Part shown: piece after piece, positions 40,590-50,959 of the stretch
How the letters are laid out: each line of letters opens with the position of its first letter
How positions within the stretch are numbered: the first letter of the stretch is position 1
IMG/VR virus record: IMGVR_UViG_3300050015_000917
Location: 1 to 64,000 of that record
Direction: 5' to 3' (one strand)
DNA: 64,000 nucleotides
Source: an uncultured virus (IMG/VR IMGVR_UViG_3300050015_000917)
Lineage: Duplodnaviria > Heunggongvirae > Uroviricota > Caudoviricetes
The notes under the pieces: generated by a model
Databases searched by the model: none
Seen by the model: the letters and a program-made list of their open reading frames with translations, nothing else
What the model was told of the DNA's origin: nothing
Made by a program: the position numbers and the translations under genes

Positions 40590-41999
40590 TTAGAAATTGA
40601 CATTCATTCCAGAGTTTCTCATTATCTGTCTCATAGCTGAATCACTATGTATAGACATCCAGTATCTAGATTGGGATGCAATTTGATCTTTAATATACCA
40701 TGTAATATTTTTGTAATCTTTTTTTCTGAAATCAATTGCCGAAATATGATCAAGAATATCATCCAAAGTATCAGCAAAAAATCTGCTTAACTCATTATCA
40801 TTTATTTCTGGAATATTTTTCCTAATAATTTCAGCTATTTCTTTATTGTTTATATCGTAAGTATATCCTTCGTGTTCAAGTCCTTGTATATTTTTTATAA
40901 GAAAACCTCCCCAGCCTATATTCATAGCTTTTTTCGGTTCTTGTCCTCTCTCGAAATCCAGGGATTCATTATTATATCTTTTTAATCTTTGCTCTGCTTG
41001 TTTCTTTTCAATTCTTTCCCACTTTTTGAGATATTCTAAAGCATGCCGAAGTTCTTCTGTAGAGGCTTCTTCTAAAGTCGAAAGATCCCATGACCGAGAG
41101 CCAAAATGATGAGGGCTCAATGCATTCCGTATATAATCTGATAAGACAGAACTACCACTCCAGGATTCTGGATCATATTCTGTAATTTCTGCAATTAATT
41201 TTTGTTTTCTTTCCTCCACTCTTCCAATAGACATAGCATCTTTTGGATCTTGTCCTCTTTCAAAATTTAATGATTCTTTAATAAGTCCATCCGGTGTGAA
41301 AGCATTTTTAAAAAATTGCTGATATTCTGATTTAATAATTAATTTATGTTCAGTTCTCCAGGATCTTCCTTTTATTCTTGATAGTTTTTTCTGAATAGGT
41401 TTTATTTCTATATCACTAAAAAAGTCACTTCCGAAATTTTTCTTAACATAATTTAAGAAAAGTTTTTCATTATCAATATAATCTGTAACATCTAACCACG
41501 CACAATCTCTATTCCCCGAAATATTAATGGTGGAAACTCCCCTTTCACTTGAAAGCCCCCATATTCCTTTTTTAATTTTTGTAGGGAGACCCAATTTTAG
41601 GATTTCTCTCGGATTCTGTCCTCTCTCAAAATTTAACGATTCTTTGATAAGCCCATCTGGCGTAAAAGCATTTTTAAATATCTGGTGATATTCTGGTTTA
41701 ATGACAAGATGAAAAGTCCATCCTCCTTTTTTAAGAGAATTATTTCTTTGATCAATATCGCTAAAGAATTCTGTTCCAAAATTTTTGTAAACATTCTTTC
41801 TAAATATCTCTGAATCAGTGCCATAATCTTCTACTCTAAGCCAAACACGATCAAATCTCTCCATTAAATTAATAGAACCTGTTCCTCTTTCATGATAAAG
41901 ACCCCACAATCCATTTTTAATTTTTGTAGGGAGACCAATTTTCATGGAGGATTTAGGATCTAATCCTCTTTCGAAATTTATGTTTTCTTTAACTATCAT
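40590..41999 (-). CDS. Four-module FERG-tag polyprotein-like protein; modules 1 and 2 are a tandem duplication
   Basis: Tag Glu codons at 41987, 41642, 41276 and 40967. GLPTKIKxGxWGL and FKNAFTPDGLIKES each occur twice. Confidence 0.8.
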   Translation of the reverse strand: MIVKENINFERGLDPKSSMKIGLPTKIKNGLWGLYHERGTGSINLMERFDRVWLRVEDYGTDSEIFRKNVYKNFGTEFFSDIDQRNNSLKKGGWTFHLVIKPEYHQIFKNAFTPDGLIKESLNFERGQNPREILKLGLPTKIKKGIWGLSSERGVSTINISGNRDCAWLDVTDYIDNEKLFLNYVKKNFGSDFFSDIEIKPIQKKLSRIKGRSWRTEHKLIIKSEYQQFFKNAFTPDGLIKESLNFERGQDPKDAMSIGRVEERKQKLIAEITEYDPESWSGSSVLSDYIRNALSPHHFGSRSWDLSTLEEASTEELRHALEYLKKWERIEKKQAEQRLKRYNNESLDFERGQEPKKAMNIGWGGFLIKNIQGLEHEGYTYDINNKEIAEIIRKNIPEINDNELSRFFADTLDDILDHISAIDFRKKDYKNITWYIKDQIASQSRYWMSIHSDSAMRQIMRNSGMNVNF

Positions 42000-42772
42000 T
42001 TTGAAACTAAAACATTAGTTGAGGTAGCTGCTTGTTTTGCTTGCTGAACCAACCCCACATTTACTCCAGGAGTAAAAGGAGCTTTGGAATCTATTGCTGT
42101 TGCCATAGTTTGTAATAAAGGAAATAAAACTTCTGCTAAAACTGCATGATAATAGGGGCCTGGTCCCAATTTTGTTATTTGGTTTCCACTTGCTATAACT
42201 TCATCAGCATTAATAGAAACTTTAGCTGAAGCAGAAACATTAACTTCATTCTTTGTTACAATATTTAATTTATCCCCATCAAGTTGAATCATAGAATCCT
42301 GATTAGCATGTTGAATTGTAATCATACTATCTGGAGAAATCTGAACAAAACTTCCTCTATAAAATATTTGAAATCCACTGCCTCTTTGATAAATGGCCGT
42401 TAATTCTTCATCGGGATCATAAAGTAAAACATGTGTTCCATCGTAATCATCCTTGATCCTTTGTATTAATTGCGTATCTATATTTTGAATAGTTGTATAT
42501 TCAGGCGAGTAAATATCTCCATTGTTAAACTGGATACGGACTATCTGGCCTATCTTAGGAATTGATAATGATCCTGCTCCGTCTCCTGCAAAAATTGTAG
42601 AGTTGATTGGTACAGCCCAGGGAAGATCTGCTGCATTAAGATTATCCATTAACCTATACACACGAATTTGGCATCGACCTGAAAAAGTTGGATCAATATT
42701 GTTCGTGATAACTCCAAGCCAATCATTGTCATGAAGATCTTTAAACGTTAAATGTAGGCCATCTGGTATCAT
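41996..42772 (-). CDS. Baseplate hub/spike protein with gp5/VgrG-type OB fold
   Basis: WLGVITNNIDPTFSGRCQIRV..LPWA..IPKIGQIVRIQFNNGDIYSP followed by beta-helix-like repeats. Confidence 0.85.
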   Translation of the reverse strand: MIPDGLHLTFKDLHDNDWLGVITNNIDPTFSGRCQIRVYRLMDNLNAADLPWAVPINSTIFAGDGAGSLSIPKIGQIVRIQFNNGDIYSPEYTTIQNIDTQLIQRIKDDYDGTHVLLYDPDEELTAIYQRGSGFQIFYRGSFVQISPDSMITIQHANQDSMIQLDGDKLNIVTKNEVNVSASAKVSINADEVIASGNQITKLGPGPYYHAVLAEVLFPLLQTMATAIDSKAPFTPGVNVGLVQQAKQAATSTNVLVSK

Positions 42773-43080
42773 TTCTTCTTTATTCGATTATAATATTTAA
42801 GAAGTATATTTTTTATGTTTTCAAATTCATCTTCATCTAAAATAAACATAGGAGTATCTAAATTTCCCCATCCAACATCTGGTTTATATCTACGAGGGAT
42901 AAAATCATTAACTTCTTTAATAAAAGGTTTTCTGTATTCTGTTTGTATAGTTATAATTAATAATTCTTTATAAATATTAATTAAATCTTCAGGAGTCCAC
43001 TCCTTGCCTATTCCCATAGCAGTTATTGGATCTAATCCACGTTCAAAATTAATACTTTCAAATACAAACTTAGCTTTCAT
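42769..43080 (-). CDS. FERG-tag small hypothetical protein inserted in the baseplate operon
   Basis: MKAKFVFESINFERGLDPITAMGIG. Confidence 0.75.
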   Translation of the reverse strand: MKAKFVFESINFERGLDPITAMGIGKEWTPEDLINIYKELLIITIQTEYRKPFIKEVNDFIPRRYKPDVGWGNLDTPMFILDEDEFENIKNILLKYYNRIKKK

Positions 43081-45400
43081 TTATAGGTTTATTTATATTT
43101 CCTTTATCCGGTCTAGGTATTGGTTGAAGCTTTGTATCATCTGTTGCTTCTCCGGGTTTTCGCCTTTCAATAGCTTTTTGAGTTATTCCTTGTTTTTTTG
43201 ATACATTGCCAAAAAGATATTTTGCATTTTCTATTTCTCCTTTTGTTGCTTGTCCTGGATCAGAAGTATTTAATCCTCCTTCTGTAATTCCTGCCTTTGA
43301 AGAAGATCCTATAAATGCTCCTTTTTCTAAAATATCTTTTTTAGAAGTAGCTAAGCTAGGAACAATCGTAGTAAATCCTCCATCCTGAATTCCTATTTTA
43401 GGTTTTGATCCTGAAAATTCTGCTGGCTGCAATCCATCTTTAGAAGTAGCAGCACTCGGAGGAATAGTATTTAATCCTCCTTCTTCAATTCCTGTATTGG
43501 GTTTTGATCCTAAAAATTCTACTGGTTGTAATTGTCCTTCTATAGTTGAACTGGTCCCTGCAAATTCCCCATTTTGAACTTCCCCTTCTGTGGATCCTAA
43601 TTTTGTTCTTGTTACGCCTTTATTATCAATGGATCCAGAAGTAGATGTACTTGTAAGAATTCCATTATAAACTAAAGGACCCCCTACTAATTTAAGGGTG
43701 CCAAGATCTGTTGCTAGCGATCTATCTCCATTGGTAAGTGCCTCTGTATTTAATTTTAATGCATTTTTATTTTCTAGAGGTTTACCTATATTAATCTCAC
43801 CTAATGCTTGAGAAATTAAATCAGTTGCTTTAGACATATCTTTAATTTGTTCCCAGATTCCTCTATCACTTAAAACCTGATTTGCAGCTCTAGTTAATTC
43901 CATACCTTCAGCATCAGTAGCTTTTGATTTGGACATTTTTGAAACAAAAGCTCTAAATGCTCCATCAATTATATCTCCCTCTAATTCTTGAGAAGGCATT
44001 GTGGCTGAAAGTCTTTGAGTCATTGCTTGACGAACTAAACCAAATACTGTAAAAACATTCTTACTTTGAATAGCTGCAAGAGCTTCGCCGAAAGAAACTC
44101 CCAATCCCGGAATTTTTGTTATTTTTCCTTTACTAATAGTTGTTTCAAGAAGATTTTCTGCAAATGCTTTTCCAAAAGTTAAAGTATTTCCAATCCAAGT
44201 TGGCGGTTGTATAGCTTGTGAGGCATTTAAAAGATTTGATTGGCCTGATCCCCCGGATTCAATAAAAGGTTTTCCCGATATATGAGATCCTTTTTGTCCA
44301 TAATCCACATCGGGATTTATAAATGGACGGGCATTAGTATTTCCCGAAATTTTTGAAGGAGTATATGGAATATTTTCCATAGCAGGAATTAATCCTATTC
44401 CCAACCCTGATATGATAGGAAGAGCTTCACCAGCGGCCAAAGAAAATTCTCGAGTCCTTTCTAAACCATTTATAATTCGATCCGTGTAATAATAATCTAA
44501 AAGGGGATTTCTATATTCTTCTGTAAGTGTTCCTACTTTAATATCAAAGCTTACTTCTGTCATTGATGGTTCACTAACATTTAAATCATTGAAGTGAGTG
44601 TTTAAAGAAGTTATATCTATTTCACATCTTTCACAATGAAGAACATAAGTTGGCATCAAATCATCCATCGCTGTAAGAATCATTTCGGGAACTTCAGAAC
44701 TTTGATATTTTCCCGAAGGATTTGAAAGTTCTGGTAAATATTTTTGAACAGCAGTTTGTTTTGGAGGATAAATTTTATCACTAGATTGAGTTTGAGAATT
44801 TATTTTTAGATTTGATTGATGGAAAATTCTAAATTCAGTAATATAAATATCCATCATAAAATATCTCATCATATCTGGAAGAATCCATCTTTGATAAACA
44901 TCATCCCAGGCAATCTTACGATATAAATTTAAGAGATGGGTTACCCTCAAATCAAGGCCTTCAAGCATTTTCATAGTAACCTTGCCATCTTTTGAAACAC
45001 GAATACCTCTTTTTGGGTCAATTTTTAATAGGGAGTCAATGCCCGAAATATTTTGAAAATAATATTGATAATTATTTTGAAGAGTATTCCATTTTTCGAT
45101 GAAATCCAAAAGCATTTGTTCACGACCAAATTCATTAGCGTCTCTTAGAAATTGTCTCGTCGAATAAAAATTCCTAGCATTAATATCATCTTCTTTGTAT
45201 AATTCGAAAAGAGGATGAGGCATTTTATCATAATTAGTTAATTCTAAGCTTGTATTAGCTGAACGAAATCCAACACGAAAAGTTAGATAGGTTGGTTCAT
45301 CAAAAGTTTTTGATAATTTACCACCAGAAATAGCATCCCCTGTAAAAATTGATCCAGTAGATCTAAATGATTGAAATATATTTTGAGCTAAAGTTGGCAT
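43070..45400 (-). CDS. Tail-tube/baseplate-like structural protein with low-complexity repeated C-terminus
   Basis: Lies between the hub-like and gp5-like genes; YFQNISGIDSL..LEGLDLRVTHLLNLYRKIAWD; three ~33-aa C-terminal repeats. Confidence 0.45.
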   Translation of the reverse strand: MPTLAQNIFQSFRSTGSIFTGDAISGGKLSKTFDEPTYLTFRVGFRSANTSLELTNYDKMPHPLFELYKEDDINARNFYSTRQFLRDANEFGREQMLLDFIEKWNTLQNNYQYYFQNISGIDSLLKIDPKRGIRVSKDGKVTMKMLEGLDLRVTHLLNLYRKIAWDDVYQRWILPDMMRYFMMDIYITEFRIFHQSNLKINSQTQSSDKIYPPKQTAVQKYLPELSNPSGKYQSSEVPEMILTAMDDLMPTYVLHCERCEIDITSLNTHFNDLNVSEPSMTEVSFDIKVGTLTEEYRNPLLDYYYTDRIINGLERTREFSLAAGEALPIISGLGIGLIPAMENIPYTPSKISGNTNARPFINPDVDYGQKGSHISGKPFIESGGSGQSNLLNASQAIQPPTWIGNTLTFGKAFAENLLETTISKGKITKIPGLGVSFGEALAAIQSKNVFTVFGLVRQAMTQRLSATMPSQELEGDIIDGAFRAFVSKMSKSKATDAEGMELTRAANQVLSDRGIWEQIKDMSKATDLISQALGEINIGKPLENKNALKLNTEALTNGDRSLATDLGTLKLVGGPLVYNGILTSTSTSGSIDNKGVTRTKLGSTEGEVQNGEFAGTSSTIEGQLQPVEFLGSKPNTGIEEGGLNTIPPSAATSKDGLQPAEFSGSKPKIGIQDGGFTTIVPSLATSKKDILEKGAFIGSSSKAGITEGGLNTSDPGQATKGEIENAKYLFGNVSKKQGITQKAIERRKPGEATDDTKLQPIPRPDKGNINKPINES

Positions 45401-45422
45401 CGATCTATTATTTTTTTATTTA

Positions 45423-47015
45423 TTATGCTTTTTTCTTTACTGGTTGCACTGGAATTGGTGAAGGCCATTCTCTTCGAGATAGCATAAAGGTTTGGGAAAA
45501 TTGAGAATAAACTTGCGTATCATTTCTTAACCACGATAAAGTAAATCCCTTGACATAATACCACCCTGTATAGAAAAATTCGAGAGCTGCATCTGCTATA
45601 AAATCCTTGCTAACTAAAAGATTTTCAACTCTATCTTTTTGAATAAGAACTATTGGGACTTTATCTCCTTTAATAATGTTTAAATTTGTTCCCTGAACCG
45701 AAACTTCTACAGTAAGTTTTTCAAGTTCAACCCTATTGAGAATATTTTGTATTTGAGACCTAGCATAATTTCTGTGATGATTACCTGTCCATTTACTATT
45801 ATCGTCATTTGGATTTGAAATTGTATATTGAATTCCTAACCATGGCGAAATATTATATAAGTCCAGATAATTATAATTTGCTTTTGCTGGTTCGGTCTTT
45901 GAGTTAAGAGATGCATCCCAATGAGCTCTTCCTCTCAAAAGAATATGGGAATTTACTTTTTCGGGATCATAAGCGGGTTCTATTTTAAAAGACCAATATT
46001 TTGTTTTACTAGGATCTTCATAAATAACTTTATTGTGTTCAAAAAAACATGCTTGAACAGATGTTCCATAATCATAAGTTATTGCAGTTGATCTGTTAAT
46101 CGGTTTCCAATCCGTAATATAAAAGCTAGTTGTTCTATATCCGTGAAAATTAGAAAATACTTTTGGAGTCTCTATTGTTTTATCTGTCGATTTTCCCCAA
46201 TAAAATTCTGTAGGGACATTTCCTAAAGAAGCGGCAATATCAATTTCATCTTCTGAGGAAAGAAGTTGTTTTTGAACATTTACAAAATTAAAATTATAAT
46301 AAACATCTATCCACCAATCAAAAAAACTATTTTCATCTTTCCACGCTCTTGAAGCAATTTCTTCAATCGAAAGATCAAAAGCTGTAGAAATAAACCACAT
46401 TTGTTTATCATCCGTATTTTCTTCATTAGTATTAAATCCGAGATTTAAACTTTTTGCTATAGATTTTAAAGCATCCATAGTAGTCATTTTAAATGCTGAA
46501 GATCCTCTAAAACCAGATAATCCGGGTATAAATAATTCGCCAAAGAAAGTAACCATATTTCCTTCTTTAATAGTAGTACTTTTCTTAAGAGGACTTGCTC
46601 CAGTTATTACATAATCATTTCTAATAGGAATAAGAAGATCCGATTTGTTTGTAATTGCTACAGAGATAATATCTCCATCCTTAGGCATTTCTTTAGTAAA
46701 AAATTTATCATTTGCAAAACTAAGAGTTAAAATTATTGTCGGAAGTCTTCTTGTAGAATCTATTTGAAAATAATCTATTTCTCCCTTAGCAACTATATAA
46801 TCATTTATTTTAATAAATGGAAATTCTAGAGAAGTTTTGTCTTCTATTCTTTGTGTTTTTCCCCCTGGATTAGTTTCTTGTAAAGACATTTCATCCAAGA
46901 CAATCGAGGGTTTGAAAACATTATAAATTCTATATTTTTCTTTACCTGAATCATTGCTGTTTGATTGTCTAGGAGCATTCAAACTTCCAGATGGATTAAA
47001 AGTGTAATCTGCCAT
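45423..47015 (-). CDS. Baseplate hub protein (gp27/late control D-like)
   Basis: Gene order gp53-like, this gene, then gp5-like; C-terminal VQGTNLNIIKGDKV..YTGWYYVKGFT..QTFMLSRREW. Confidence 0.6.
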   Translation of the reverse strand: MADYTFNPSGSLNAPRQSNSNDSGKEKYRIYNVFKPSIVLDEMSLQETNPGGKTQRIEDKTSLEFPFIKINDYIVAKGEIDYFQIDSTRRLPTIILTLSFANDKFFTKEMPKDGDIISVAITNKSDLLIPIRNDYVITGASPLKKSTTIKEGNMVTFFGELFIPGLSGFRGSSAFKMTTMDALKSIAKSLNLGFNTNEENTDDKQMWFISTAFDLSIEEIASRAWKDENSFFDWWIDVYYNFNFVNVQKQLLSSEDEIDIAASLGNVPTEFYWGKSTDKTIETPKVFSNFHGYRTTSFYITDWKPINRSTAITYDYGTSVQACFFEHNKVIYEDPSKTKYWSFKIEPAYDPEKVNSHILLRGRAHWDASLNSKTEPAKANYNYLDLYNISPWLGIQYTISNPNDDNSKWTGNHHRNYARSQIQNILNRVELEKLTVEVSVQGTNLNIIKGDKVPIVLIQKDRVENLLVSKDFIADAALEFFYTGWYYVKGFTLSWLRNDTQVYSQFSQTFMLSRREWPSPIPVQPVKKKA

Positions 47016-47599
47016 TATACTTTTTTACTTTTTATAATCGTGGTTAAAAATTCACTGGAGCTCATTCCGTTTTTTAAACATGCACTTTCACTAACACCCT
47101 CTCCAAAGTAAACTCTTCCGTTTCTATGAACAATTTGTTGTGCTCCTTCTTCAGCAATATTTGGGGGTAAAGCCCCTTCTTTAAGATTTCTATCTTCAAA
47201 ATTAATAGCAATTTTATCTTTTGACGGGGCTTTAGTTGGATCAAGATACTTATATGATAACCTGATTTTATTTTCTGGAGAATCTGCACCCTCTCCTTCT
47301 TTTCTAATATTATCCTGCGCTGAATTTAAATCGGGGATAAGAATTATATCTCCAGGACTAATTGAAAAAGCATTACTAATACCGTTATATTTAAGAATAA
47401 ATTCTGCTTGAAGAGTATTATTATAAACCGATTGAGAAATTAAATCTGGTCTCATAGCATATTCTGTTGGCACTTTATAAGCTTGATAACTAATATAATT
47501 ATTAGTCTTAAAAGTAAACATAGATTGGGTTAAATCTCTTATAACCAATCCATCATCTTTAACTAATAATGGTTTCTTATCTATTGAATTTAAAAACAT
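47015..47599 (-). CDS. Baseplate wedge protein, gp53/LysM-like
   Basis: YAMRPDLISQSVY..ILKYNGISNAFSISPGDIILIP. Confidence 0.75.
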   Translation of the reverse strand: MFLNSIDKKPLLVKDDGLVIRDLTQSMFTFKTNNYISYQAYKVPTEYAMRPDLISQSVYNNTLQAEFILKYNGISNAFSISPGDIILIPDLNSAQDNIRKEGEGADSPENKIRLSYKYLDPTKAPSKDKIAINFEDRNLKEGALPPNIAEEGAQQIVHRNGRVYFGEGVSESACLKNGMSSSEFLTTIIKSKKV

Positions 47600-47600
47600 A

Positions 47601-49955
47601 TTACTTAAGTGATTTTAGCATTACCCAATTAGCAGATCTATAAGCACTTCTGTTTAGTACTGTATTTCCTGTAAAAGATAAATCTTGATTTGCAGAAACT
47701 GCTGTGAATTTTTCTCGATTCCAAACACTAACTGCTCCAGCTAATTTATTTTCTATAATAGCTGATTTGCCAACCTTACCCCCCGTTGTTCTAGAATCAG
47801 CAATAAAAGTTCCTCCGGCAAAATTTGGGGTAGTTCCTGTAGCAGATTGATTTCCGGTAACCTTATCTACTTTTGTTTCATAATCTCCAGTACTGGTAAA
47901 AGAATCAGGAAGATCATATATACGACCCATACCTCTGTTGAAAATACTTTGAATAGCATCTTTATCACGAATCATTCCATGATCTAGATTAACTGTAACT
48001 TTTATATCAAGTGGAAAATCATCAGGGCCAAGTTCATCTCCAAGTTCTACTTCAATACTATCGCAAATAAGGTTTCCAATCATTGCTATAGGATTTAAAG
48101 GATTACCTATTGTAACATGCCATTCCCCAACCGGTTCTCCAATAAGAAGAGCTTTTAAACCCGTTAAATATGGAATAGTTCCTTCTGATTTTTCTGCAGA
48201 TTTTGCACGAATAATTTTACCAGCAACATTATTTCCTGTTAATAAACTTTTAATATCCATATTTCCCTTGCCTAAAATCGCATTAAAAACTCCTTCAGCT
48301 AATTTAGCAATTTCGGATCCAGCCTCTGCAAATTTATTGGAAAAACTCTCTATAGAAGATTGACCCCATCCAATAGCATCTCCTCGGTACCATTTTTGAG
48401 CACCCTCATCTCCACCCATAAATGGATATTGTTGCGGATTTGCCATAAATCTATGCTGGCCTCCCCAGAACATAGCTGAAGCAGTTCCTATAATCAGGAA
48501 GTTAGAAAGTATATCTAATAAAACTGCTTTTGTATTTATTCCCCCAATTGGTCTGGCAGCATACTCAAAAACAATAGAAATTTTATTATCATATTTTAAT
48601 CCTGCTTCTCTTTTCTTAACAGTATCAATTCTATTTACAGGACCAATAATTCTATTTTCATAAGGCCCGTTTGAATAAGGATCCGGGGGCAAATTTCCTT
48701 TATTAAGGATTGCTTTTTGATCAAAATTACCGCTAGCAATATTAAGCATTTTAGCAAATTTAGTTAATCCGCCAAAAAGACCAGCAGGACCAGCTGCCAT
48801 ATCAGGATCTGCTTGGGATTGAACCTCAAATACTTTTGCTTGAACTTCGCCCCAATTTAATCCAGCAGTAAATTTAAGAATAGAGCTTAAGGAGTTTCCG
48901 GTTTCCTCTCCAAAATAAGTTATAGCTGAAGCCATTGGAGGAAAAGCAACTTTTTTTCCTGAACCTTGATCCTGACCTCCATCGTTTGAATGAGCAGTTA
49001 AACCAGCTGACGCATCAGATTGAGATGCAGCTGATCCCATATCAGCAAGACCATCCATACCTGGGAATTTTAAGTTATCTACAATAGGAGCTGCATATCT
49101 TCGAAGAGTTATCATTCGGTTATTTGGTACAATATTCCAATATTTACAAAAAACAAAATCACTAAATTGATAAGGGGTTCTTCCATAAGGATCCCCTTTT
49201 CCCCAAGATATAATTGAAGATGTAGTTGGGTTAAGACTGAATCCCAAATCGTCTTCAGATGTTTCGTCTAATTCATACCATTTTCTTTGGCCTTTTTGAT
49301 TGATAAGATAATTTCCCCCTTTACTTCCATAAAGACGAGTAATAGCATAAAGATTTATAAGAGAAGGAGGTCCTATATAAAAATCATCCTTTTTAAGCTG
49401 TTCTCTTCTTTGTGCTAAAGCAGAAATAATATCTCCTTGTTCAGCTATCTGAGCTTCTTGCACTTTAGAATCAGAAATAAGATATCCAGTAGTTGATACT
49501 TGTCGAAATCTAGTATCATAAGGAGTGATTAAAGAATTTCCATTTTCAACTTCAAATAATCTTTGAAGTCTTTTATCAAATGGACCTACAGCAGATCCTT
49601 CTAAGGGTTTACCATCAAAATCGGTTAAAGGAACTTTAGAAGACACTGTATCATTTACAGTTTTAGTATATTGCTCTCTTAAACAATTCCCAAGAAATTG
49701 TTTTGCTCTATCAAGAGCTTCTTTATAAATTCTTGCAGCAGCAATTGGATGAATATGATGCAATCCGTCAGGTTGAATATCTTTGCTGAAAAAACCATCT
49801 CCTGTGATTAATTCATTAAAAAGAGTATTAACCTGTATACGAAAACATTCATTGGTAGCATAATAATCTGTAAACTCAAGAGCATTTTCAATAGATTTTA
49901 AAGCTCTGTCAACTAATTGATCAATTTTGCTATTATTTGTGACCACTTCTGCCAT
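47601..49955 (-). CDS. Baseplate/tail-tube-initiator-like structural protein
   Basis: First gene of the baseplate operon; GEWHVTIGNPLNPIAMIGNLICDSIEVELGDELGPDDFPLDIKVTVNL. Confidence 0.5.
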   Translation of the reverse strand: MAEVVTNNSKIDQLVDRALKSIENALEFTDYYATNECFRIQVNTLFNELITGDGFFSKDIQPDGLHHIHPIAAARIYKEALDRAKQFLGNCLREQYTKTVNDTVSSKVPLTDFDGKPLEGSAVGPFDKRLQRLFEVENGNSLITPYDTRFRQVSTTGYLISDSKVQEAQIAEQGDIISALAQRREQLKKDDFYIGPPSLINLYAITRLYGSKGGNYLINQKGQRKWYELDETSEDDLGFSLNPTTSSIISWGKGDPYGRTPYQFSDFVFCKYWNIVPNNRMITLRRYAAPIVDNLKFPGMDGLADMGSAASQSDASAGLTAHSNDGGQDQGSGKKVAFPPMASAITYFGEETGNSLSSILKFTAGLNWGEVQAKVFEVQSQADPDMAAGPAGLFGGLTKFAKMLNIASGNFDQKAILNKGNLPPDPYSNGPYENRIIGPVNRIDTVKKREAGLKYDNKISIVFEYAARPIGGINTKAVLLDILSNFLIIGTASAMFWGGQHRFMANPQQYPFMGGDEGAQKWYRGDAIGWGQSSIESFSNKFAEAGSEIAKLAEGVFNAILGKGNMDIKSLLTGNNVAGKIIRAKSAEKSEGTIPYLTGLKALLIGEPVGEWHVTIGNPLNPIAMIGNLICDSIEVELGDELGPDDFPLDIKVTVNLDHGMIRDKDAIQSIFNRGMGRIYDLPDSFTSTGDYETKVDKVTGNQSATGTTPNFAGGTFIADSRTTGGKVGKSAIIENKLAGAVSVWNREKFTAVSANQDLSFTGNTVLNRSAYRSANWVMLKSLK

Positions 49956-49983
49956 ATAATTTTATTTTATATATTCGAGAAAT

Positions 49984-50013
49984 AAAAAAGTCTAACCTTG
50001 TGGGTTAGACTTT
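49984..50013 (-). terminator. Intrinsic terminator separating the small-gene cluster from the baseplate operon
   Basis: 11-bp stem AAAGTCTAACC/GGTTAGACTTT (49987-50013) with a U-run on the minus strand. Confidence 0.7.
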
Positions 50014-50439
50014 CCAATTTAATTTCTCCTGTATGGGTTTACATTCGATAAGACGAACCTTCTTGACTGAGGGAAAGAAAATTATTTCCTCAAATAAATC
50101 ATAATATTCTTCAAGTTTTGAGACATATTTATCATCTAGAAGAACTAAATCTGATATTTTCTCACAGGGTTCTAATTCTGTAAAAAGATTTTCTATAATG
50201 TCTCTATTAAGATTTGGATTAGAATAAAAAATCCCTCTAATTCTTTTGGATTTGGCATAATTGTCAATCATATTCATAATCTTTTGATTGATTATGAAAG
50301 CCCCATATTCATCTATTGTAGAATAAGTATATCCTAAGTCCGATAAAATTTCAGGAACACTGACAATTGAATATAATTTCAGATTTAAAAAAGCCCGCTT
50401 TAATTTTGGTAAACCCTCAACTGTTATATAAAACTTCAT
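50005..50439 (-). CDS. Hypothetical protein
   Basis: 144-aa ORF in a tightly packed operon. Confidence 0.7.
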   Translation of the reverse strand: MKFYITVEGLPKLKRAFLNLKLYSIVSVPEILSDLGYTYSTIDEYGAFIINQKIMNMIDNYAKSKRIRGIFYSNPNLNRDIIENLFTELEPCEKISDLVLLDDKYVSKLEEYYDLFEEIIFFPSVKKVRLIECKPIQEKLNWKV

Positions 50440-50441
50440 GA

Positions 50442-50723
50442 TTATTTAGAAAACTCCTTTTTCGCAAGTTCCGTAGCTGAGTAATAATCCATATCCTCCT
50501 TCATCATTAAATCCAATGCTCTGTCTGCTACTTTTTGATTTATTTCAGCATCAACTTTAGCATTATCTTTAACTCTTATATCTTCTTTGAGTTTGTTTTG
50601 CATTTTTTTACCTTCAATGATATTTTGTCGTATCATTTCGAATCGCTGATTCAAGGGTAATGATTTTCTGTATTTAACAAGACCAAGTTTTTTTTCCATG
50701 GCTTTTCTTTCGCGTCTGTTCAT
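50442..50723 (-). CDS. Hypothetical basic helical protein
   Basis: 93-aa ORF starting MNRRERKAMEKK. Confidence 0.7.
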   Translation of the reverse strand: MNRRERKAMEKKLGLVKYRKSLPLNQRFEMIRQNIIEGKKMQNKLKEDIRVKDNAKVDAEINQKVADRALDLMMKEDMDYYSATELAKKEFSK

Positions 50724-50728
50724 AGAAT

Positions 50729-50959
50729 TTATGTATTAAGATTTAAAAAATATTTTAATTCTTCTTCAGATGGAATATTACCTTTTCCATCTTGATTAAA
50801 TGTTTCTAAAAATTTCTTTTTTAATTTAGATGGAATTATTTTTGAACTTATAGTTAAAGGTAATTTTGTTATTTCCCCTTCTTTAATTGGAACTCCAGAT
50901 TTTAGATAATACGCAATATAGCCTGCAACTGGTGGTTCATTTAGATTTTCCTTTTTCAT
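50729..50959 (-). CDS. Hypothetical protein
   Basis: 76-aa ORF with ATGA overlap. Confidence 0.6.
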   Translation of the reverse strand: MKKENLNEPPVAGYIAYYLKSGVPIKEGEITKLPLTISSKIIPSKLKKKFLETFNQDGKGNIPSEEELKYFLNLNT

